NCBI RefSeq assembly: GCF_000009705.1 | Contig: NC_003272.1 | Span: 930,001 to 962,000 of the forward strand | Length of the DNA: 32,000 bases | Direction of reading: 5' to 3' | Origin: Nostoc sp. PCC 7120 = FACHB-418 | GTDB lineage: Bacteria > Cyanobacteriota > Cyanobacteriia > Cyanobacteriales > Nostocaceae | Shown here: positions 26,590 through 32,000 of the stretch, piece after piece | Layout of the letters: every line of letters begins with the position of its first letter | Numbering within the stretch: position 1 is the stretch's first letter | Position numbers and translations under genes: made by a program | Notes under the pieces: generated by a model | Databases searched by the model: none | Seen by the model: only the letters and a program-made list of their open reading frames with translations | What the model was told of the DNA's origin: nothing

Positions 26590-26606
26590 ATTATCAGAAT
26601 TCATTG
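26590..26606. promoter_or_regulatory. Weak candidate Fur/Zur-type box just upstream of znuB
   Basis: The reverse complement reads CAATGAATTCTGATAAT. It shares CAATGA with the candidate site upstream of znuA (29227-29243) and is AT-rich. It lies 21-37 nt upstream of the annotated znuB ATG. Confidence 0.25.
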
Positions 26607-26794
26607 CATCCATATTCAAGCTAGTGGGTACTTTTACCACACATTACTACAAAGTATCTCTGAATTTCTAAACTTTTTAATGTGATTAAAGTATATAATT
26701 GTATTTATAATCTACTCTTGTTAATAAATCGTTTTAAACATCGATCTCAAATTTAACTATTCCTCAATTAAATAATTGTAGTTGACAAATTCAC

Positions 26795-27157
26795 ATGATT
26801 AAAAATCACACAAATTGTACTGTAGAGGAAATAAATGTAAGTAGTATTACACCTCTAATAAACGAAGTTTTGAGTACTGAAAAATCACAGCGCATGGCTG
26901 AATTTTTCAGCTTTTTAGGCGATGCTAATCGATTACGAATTCTCTCTTTTTTAGCGACAAAAGAGCTATGTGTCAGTGATATAGCTACACTACTAGAAAT
27001 GAGTGAATCTGCTGTTTCTCATCAATTAAGAAACTTACGTGCCATGCGTTTAGTCAGTTACCGCAAGCAAGGCCGTCATGTATTTTATCGTCTACATGAT
27101 AACCATATTTTGGAGCTTTACCAGGCTGTAGCAGAACATTTGGACGAAAAAGATTAG
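26795..27157 (+). CDS. ArsR/SmtB-family metal-sensing repressor with a complete alpha5 Zn site
   Basis: w[39 protein letters not shown]. Alpha5 ligand pattern D-x-H-x10-H-x2-E is present with SmtB spacing ([19 protein letters not shown]). An alpha3N-type Cys (ELCVSD) plus N-terminal His/Cys (NHTNC) are also present. Confidence 0.9.
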   Translation: MIKNHTNCTVEEINVSSITPLINEVLSTEKSQRMAEFFSFLGDANRLRILSFLATKELCVSDIATLLEMSESAVSHQLRNLRAMRLVSYRKQGRHVFYRLHDNHILELYQAVAEHLDEKD

Positions 27158-27213
27158 CTCTAAATTAGCAAATAGATAAAAGAGTTTTGTCTAATCGAAG
27201 ATTGTAATTGTTC

Positions 27214-27987
27214 CTAATGGTGATGTTCGTAGCGACTAAAGCCAGGCCCATAAGTTGCTAATAAGTTTTGGGGTGAAAGCGCTATTTCGGGTTGACCAGT
27301 ACAAACAACGGTTTGGTTAAGACAAAGCACGCGATCGCAGTGGCGGCTGACCATATCAATATCATGGGAAACTTGCAAAACAGTCCAGCCTTCCTGCTGC
27401 TTTAATTCGTTCAGCATGGCATAAAAATCGGCTGCACCCTGCATATCAACTCCCGCAAAGGCTTCATCTAAAACCAAGATTTTTCGAGGTATCACCAAGC
27501 AGTAAGCCAGCAAAATCCGCTTTAGTTGACCACCACTAAGAGTCCCGATAGCTTGATTTCGCAGATGGTAAGTATCGGTTCTTTTAAGAGCTGTGGCGAT
27601 CGCTGCTGATTTTTCCCTGCTTTGAATCCTTAGCTTGGATAAAAATGAAGATTTCTGATGGCGAGCTTCAGCCACCCATCCTAGTCCCACCAATTCTTCA
27701 ACAGAGATAGGAAAGCTCCGGTCAAAAATAAAATTTTGTGGCATATAGCCTAAAAGATGGCGTAAATTTCCTAACTTAGTTATGGGACGACCAAATATCT
27801 CAATTTGACCAACTCTGCGGGGAATCAAATCTAAAATCGCTTTTACCAAAGTGCTTTTACCAGCACCGTTAGGCCCGACTATCGCTGTATCTGTTCCTGG
27901 TAATAAATTAAAAGAAACATCCCGAATAGCTAAATAATTACCTTGATATACTGTCAAATTTTCTACTTTTAAAATGGGCGAGTTCAT
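27214..27987 (-). CDS. znuC: Zinc ABC importer ATP-binding protein (ZnuC-like)
   Basis: Walker A GPNGAGKST, signature LSGGQLKRILLA, Walker B ILVLDEAF, H-loop VSHD. Confidence 0.9.
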   Translation of the reverse strand: MNSPILKVENLTVYQGNYLAIRDVSFNLLPGTDTAIVGPNGAGKSTLVKAILDLIPRRVGQIEIFGRPITKLGNLRHLLGYMPQNFIFDRSFPISVEELVGLGWVAEARHQKSSFLSKLRIQSREKSAAIATALKRTDTYHLRNQAIGTLSGGQLKRILLAYCLVIPRKILVLDEAFAGVDMQGAADFYAMLNELKQQEGWTVLQVSHDIDMVSRHCDRVLCLNQTVVCTGQPEIALSPQNLLATYGPGFSRYEHHH

Positions 27988-28146
27988 TAGTCCTAGCTGG
28001 AAAATAGGTAAAAATTCAAGAGCATTTCATCGTCTTTTGTGGGTGATTATCATGAGTAGATGACTGGGAAAAAGTGATGAAGACTGAGCATCAGATCAAA
28101 TCCCAGCTACCGATAACATAACTCTGATATACCCAAGTTATGATGT

Positions 28147-29115
28147 TTACTTACAACCCGCTTCTAGAGTTTGCAAATTATCTTTCATTGCTTGGAAGTA
28201 ATATTGGGGATTTGTATCACCACTTTCTAAAGAGTTGAGAGAACGCAAAGTTAAATTCAAATCCTTGGATAAACTGGTAAGTAATTTGTTATCCACACCT
28301 GGTTCACTGAACAAAGCTTTCACGTTGTATTTTTTAACGGTGTTAACTGTTTTTTGTACATCTGTTGGTGAAAGTTGATCTTCGGGAACTTGCACCACTG
28401 CAACTTGCCGCAAATTATAGCGTTGAGCCAAATAAGGAAAGGCATCATGGAAGGTAATAAATGTGCAATTAGGAGTTTTCTCCAAAGTTTGCTGAAACTC
28501 ATTATGTAAATTATCTAACTCTTTCATATAAGCCTCAGCATTAGCTTGATAGGTAGCTTTATTTGCCGGGTCAGCCGCAATTAAGCCATCCCGAATATTC
28601 GCTACTTGCTGTTTTGCTAACACTGGATCTAGCCAAACGTGGGGGTTACCTTCAGAATGTTCATGGTCATGATCGTGGTCTTTGGCTCCTGTTTTTACGA
28701 CAGGTGAAATTTCATTTAAAACTTTGATGTTTTTACTGGCATCTATTTGGGTTAATTGAGGATTTTGGGCATTTTTTACCGTATTGTCGAGAAATTCTTC
28801 CAGACCTAACCCATTTTTGACTAAAACATTAGCTGTGGCGATCGCTTTCACATTACTCGGTGTTGCTTGGTAATCATGTACTTCCGTGTTAGGTGGGATT
28901 AAAAGCGATACATCTGCGGCTTCTCCAGCTACAGCTTTGGTAAATAAATATGTTGGTAAAATTGTTGCTACTACTTTCGTTTTTGGCTGCTGCACTGACG
29001 GACTAGAGGCAGCTTCCTGTGCTGTGGGCAACTGTTGGGCAGTTGTTCCCTGATTACTATTCGATTGGCCACAACCAACCGTCATGGACAACATTAGCAA
29101 GGCTATTAAGGACAT
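28147..29115 (-). CDS. znuA: Zinc-binding periplasmic lipoprotein (cluster A-I SBP, ZnuA-like) with a His/Asp-rich loop
   Basis: Preferred ATG at 29115 gives the lipoprotein signal MSLIALLMLSMTVGC (the track start at 29211 is TTG). His-rich loop DHDHDHEHSEGNPH followed by VWLDP; FHDAFPYLA block. Confidence 0.85.
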   Translation of the reverse strand: MSLIALLMLSMTVGCGQSNSNQGTTAQQLPTAQEAASSPSVQQPKTKVVATILPTYLFTKAVAGEAADVSLLIPPNTEVHDYQATPSNVKAIATANVLVKNGLGLEEFLDNTVKNAQNPQLTQIDASKNIKVLNEISPVVKTGAKDHDHDHEHSEGNPHVWLDPVLAKQQVANIRDGLIAADPANKATYQANAEAYMKELDNLHNEFQQTLEKTPNCTFITFHDAFPYLAQRYNLRQVAVVQVPEDQLSPTDVQKTVNTVKKYNVKALFSEPGVDNKLLTSLSKDLNLTLRSLNSLESGDTNPQYYFQAMKDNLQTLEAGCK

Positions 29116-29224
29116 GATGCCATTTTGCTGTCTACCTATCTTACTTCTGATGTGAGTCCAAATCACGGTATTTTCCCCTCCATAAGGATGCCGACGCGGT
29201 TGTTGCCACAATCAACATAGATTT

Positions 29225-29246
29225 TGACAATGATACTTATTGTACA
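29225..29246. promoter_or_regulatory. Candidate Zur (Fur-family) operator upstream of znuA
   Basis: AT-rich imperfect palindrome TGACAATGATACTTATTGTACA. Its core ACAATGAT-A-CTTATTGT has 6 of 8 arm positions pairing. It lies about 110 nt upstream of the preferred znuA ATG. A second AT palindrome (ATTATAAT) lies at about 29255-29262. Confidence 0.4.
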
Positions 29247-29338
29247 TTGTTATATTATAATAATTCTCATTCTCATATACTGAAGACAATAAATTTATTG
29301 CCAGCAACCACCGGAGTGTTTTGCGGGTGTTGTGTTAA

Positions 29339-29377
29339 ATATCTCTCACTCCACTGAATGTGCTGGTTGAGAGATAT
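29339..29377. promoter_or_regulatory. 10-bp perfect inverted repeat (hairpin or binding site) in the znuA / porin divergent region
   Basis: ATATCTCTCA (29339-29348) / TGAGAGATAT (29368-29377) with a 19-nt loop. Confidence 0.4.
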
Positions 29378-29466
29378 CCTCTTTACATAAATCTGGATGA
29401 ATTACGAATTCTTGACTTTTAATGTGACAAAAATTGCTAAGTGCTGTTAATATCTTGAGAATACTT

Positions 29467-29487
29467 TTGAAGTAAATATTACTTCAA
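29467..29487. promoter_or_regulatory. Perfect 9-3-9 palindrome upstream of the porin gene (candidate operator)
   Basis: TTGAAGTAA-ATA-TTACTTCAA. All 9 arm positions pair. It lies 63 nt upstream of the porin ATG (29550). Confidence 0.5.
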
Positions 29488-29549
29488 ATAAACTTGGTAA
29501 ATCTATTGCCAAGAAATAAGATGTGTGTGAGTAAATTGTGAGGAGAAAA

Positions 29550-31136
29550 ATGCAGAAAATATGGAAGTATTGGCTGGTTAACCCAGTAATTTGCAGCACA
29601 ATGCTATTTTCTGGCGCTGCTGCCTTTGCAGGAGAAACCCCTGCCATAACAGAAACAAATGAAACCTCAAAAATAGCTAATGCAGACCTAGCTACTCAAC
29701 AAGAGGTAATGTCACAAGTTACCTCAGTTTCTCAGTTTTCTGACGTACAACCCACAGACTGGGCTTTCCAAGCATTGCAATCACTGGTAGAGCGTTATGG
29801 TTGTATTGCAGGATATCCCAATGGGACATACCGTGGTAATCGCGCCCTCACAAGATATGAATTTGCCGCAGGCTTGAACGCTTGTCTGGATCGAGTCAAC
29901 GAATTGATCGCTACTGCCACGGCGGAGTTAGTCACAAAAGAAGACTTAGCTACACTACAAAGGCTACAAGAAGAGTTTTCTGCGGAACTAGCAACATTAA
30001 GAGGTCGAGTTGATGCTTTAGAAGCACGTACCTCGGAATTAGAAGCCAATCAATTCTCAACCACAACAAAGCTGCAAGGACAAGTAGTATCAGTTATCAG
30101 CGATGTCTTATCAGGCGATCGCGTCAATAATGCAGATATCGTCGATACAAATACTACTCTGGGAGTACGGGCGCGATTAGAACTTGTCTCCAGCTTTACT
30201 GGGCGAGATACCTTGTTCACCAGAATTGAAGCTAACAACATTACTAGCCCCGACATTAATACTCCAGAAGGTAACCTGTTCTTCGCTAGCGTTGAACCCA
30301 GTACTAACGCTGCTATTGGTACTTTGTGGTATGGGTTCCCCGTGGGCAAAAATACACAAGCCAAGCTAATTGCCGTTGGAGGTGCAGCAGACGACCTCAC
30401 CAGCACCGTAAACATATTTGATGGAGATGGTGCTTTTGGTGCTTTAACTACCTTTGGTACACGTAACCCGATTTATGGGCAGATAGGTGGTACTGGTTTG
30501 GGTGTCACTCACCAGTTTAGTGATAAATTAGCCTTAAGCTTGGGTTATTTGAGTGGTACAGCAAATGACCCATCACCCCAGAATGGTTTATTTGACGGCG
30601 CTTACGGTGCATTAGCACAACTGACAGTTAGACCAAGCGATCGCGTCAGTGTTGGCCTAACATATATCAATTCTTACCGGCAACCCCTAGCCACTGGTAG
30701 TAACGCTGCAACCACCTTCCAAGGTTTAGGCGAAAGATTTTCCAGCAATTCCTACGGTCTCCAAGCTTCTATCGGTCTGAGTGAAAAATTAGTCTTGGGT
30801 GGATGGGCTGGTTACACTAATAGCCGCATCTTGACAGGCGATCGTGGAGACGTTGATATCTGGAACTATGCGGTTACTCTTGGTTTCCCCGACCTTGGGA
30901 AAAAAGGTAACTTAGCCGGTATCATTGCTGGGATGGAACCAAAAGTCACAAGTTCTAGCATCGCTGGACTAAATAGAGATAGAGATACTTCCTATCATGT
31001 GGAAGCATTTTATCAATACAAAGTCAGTGATAATATCACCATCACACCAGGCATTATCTGGCTAACATCACCAGACCACAATGACAATAATGATGATGTT
31101 GTTATTGGTGCGTTGAGAACCACATTTAGTTTCTAA
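29550..31136 (+). CDS. Cyanobacterial outer-membrane porin: SLH domain, coiled coil and OprB-type beta-barrel
   Basis: ATG at 29550 lies 5 nt after GAGGAG (the track start at 29538 is GTG). Signal peptide ...GAAAFA. SLH motif FSDVQPTDWAFQALQSLVERYGCIAGYPNGTYRGNRALTRYEFAAGL. Coiled coil LQRLQEEFSAELATLRGRVDALEARTSELE. Alternating beta-strand C-terminus ending in ...TTFSF. Confidence 0.9.
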   Translation: MQKIWKYWLVNPVICSTMLFSGAAAFAGETPAITETNETSKIANADLATQQEVMSQVTSVSQFSDVQPTDWAFQALQSLVERYGCIAGYPNGTYRGNRALTRYEFAAGLNACLDRVNELIATATAELVTKEDLATLQRLQEEFSAELATLRGRVDALEARTSELEANQFSTTTKLQGQVVSVISDVLSGDRVNNADIVDTNTTLGVRARLELVSSFTGRDTLFTRIEANNITSPDINTPEGNLFFASVEPSTNAAIGTLWYGFPVGKNTQAKLIAVGGAADDLTSTVNIFDGDGAFGALTTFGTRNPIYGQIGGTGLGVTHQFSDKLALSLGYLSGTANDPSPQNGLFDGAYGALAQLTVRPSDRVSVGLTYINSYRQPLATGSNAATTFQGLGERFSSNSYGLQASIGLSEKLVLGGWAGYTNSRILTGDRGDVDIWNYAVTLGFPDLGKKGNLAGIIAGMEPKVTSSSIAGLNRDRDTSYHVEAFYQYKVSDNITITPGIIWLTSPDHNDNNDDVVIGALRTTFSF

Positions 31137-31152
31137 TTTCTCCAAACTCACC

Positions 31153-31186
31153 AAAAAGACGCAAAGTAATTCTTTGCGTCTTTTTT
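31153..31186 (+). terminator. Rho-independent (bidirectional-type) terminator between the porin gene and the convergent gene
   Basis: AAAAAGACGCAAAG-taatt-CTTTGCGTCTTTTTT. Confidence 0.8.
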
Positions 31187-31203
31187 ATGGGAAATCAAAA
31201 ATA

Positions 31204-31231
31204 GGTAATTGGTAATTGGTAATTGGTAATA
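31204..31231. repeat. Tandem heptamer array GGTAATT x3 plus the variant GGTAATA
   Basis: Exact copies at 31204-31224 with a variant at 31225-31231. A CCCCAGT/CCCCAAT-type tract follows at 31255-31290. Confidence 0.85.
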
Positions 31232-31286
31232 ATTGCCTTTTACCCTCTGCGCTCAATTCCCAGTCCCCAGCCCCCAATCCCTAACC

Positions 31287-31760
31287 CTATTCCAAACCAT
31301 CATTACCAACAGCAGCCCTAACTAGTGATGTAAATTCATCTAATGTGAGATTGCCATATCTGAGTCTTTCCACTACAGCACCCCTAATAGACCCGCCTGT
31401 GTCGTATGGAAGTTTGGACAGTCCACCAGTATGTAGTGTTAGGGCTGGATATGCTGCATGAGTAATAGGATCTATATACGAGAATGCAGTAACTGTATAC
31501 GCACCGTTGAATCCTGCAAAATAAGTTCCTTTAGGTGCAACCACCTCAGCCGCAATAGTTGATAGATAAGCACCAGGAGTAAGATACACTGCTGCACCTG
31601 CAAAGACAGCAGGCTCTCCAGAACTGAAATCAGCGATGGGGTCTTCTATTATTGCTTGGGCTGATGCTGGAGTTGATGCAAAGCTTAAGCAAGCCATAAA
31701 ACCTGTGAGAGCCAGACTAGCTTTCAAGATCAAGTTAGTAGCGCCAGAAAATAATTTCAT
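31287..31760 (-). CDS. Secreted hypothetical protein (157 aa)
   Basis: ATG start. Signal peptide ending ASTPASAQA. Gly/Ala/Tyr-rich beta-type mature region. No family recognised. Confidence 0.6.
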   Translation of the reverse strand: MKLFSGATNLILKASLALTGFMACLSFASTPASAQAIIEDPIADFSSGEPAVFAGAAVYLTPGAYLSTIAAEVVAPKGTYFAGFNGAYTVTAFSYIDPITHAAYPALTLHTGGLSKLPYDTGGSIRGAVVERLRYGNLTLDEFTSLVRAAVGNDGLE

Positions 31761-32000
31761 ATAAGTCCTATGTTTTTAGGGTTTGAGCTTGATTTGTTAG
31801 ATATTGGGATATTCCTTTTACAAGAATCAAATTAAAGATGAACTAATAACAAATATATGTGAACTAGATAATTTTATGTATGTGAAGAAAGGCATTTAAT
31901 TAGACATTAAAGCGTCATAGAAATAGACATAAAACTCTCAATAATGTTCTTTTTATTCTTTCTAATTGCTTAAAATATTACTAATAAAAATAAACACCAT

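Noticed and set aside
28044-28055. Fur-like half-site TGATTATCATGA in the znuA-znuC spacer as an internal Zur box
   Set aside because: Only one ATTATCA-type half-site is present and there is no convincing dyad partner. The evidence is too weak to call without a position weight matrix scan.
29447-29647. 66-aa minus-strand ORF overlapping the porin start and the 21-bp palindrome
   Set aside because: It is antisense to the porin signal-peptide region and promoter, with no RBS. The porin assignment fully explains this DNA.

Overview
The window is chromosomal DNA from a heterocyst-forming cyanobacterium (Nostoc/Anabaena type). The hallmarks are at least 25 HIP1 octamers (GCGATCGC) counted by eye, tandem heptamer (STRR-like) arrays in many intergenic spacers, and roughly 40% GC. 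From memory only, the gene order matches the all0807-alr0834 region of Nostoc sp. PCC 7120.

Reading left to right, the content is:
- a BON lipoprotein, a CAAD/CURT1 membrane protein and an acidic hypothetical protein;
- a DevBCA-type tripartite ABC exporter with a divergent TetR regulator;
- a translationally coupled orphan gene pair (a His-rich 99-aa protein and an LRR-like protein with a conserved C-terminal domain);
- hglK (RDD domain plus pentapeptide repeats);
- a small gene interrupted at an A7 run, several small secreted or Cys-rich proteins, and a 1.27-kb ORF-free leader;
- alkaline/neutral invertase, rsmB, a TerB-like protein and a small membrane protein;
- a three-gene phosphorelay (GAF histidine kinase, PAS-rich hybrid kinase, stand-alone receiver);
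- an OYE flavin reductase, a very AT-rich ORF-free tract with a decayed DUF2808 gene, and tRNA-Phe;
- a znuA-znuC / smtB-like / znuB zinc locus, an SLH/OprB porin and a secreted hypothetical protein.

I see no CRISPR array, transposase, integrase or recognisable defence gene. The best candidates for undescribed biology are the orphan pair at 6980-7977, the zinc-excess sensor embedded in the zinc-uptake locus with structured control DNA, and the A7 frame-disrupted small membrane gene upstream of hglK. All family assignments come from motif recognition by eye. No database search was possible.
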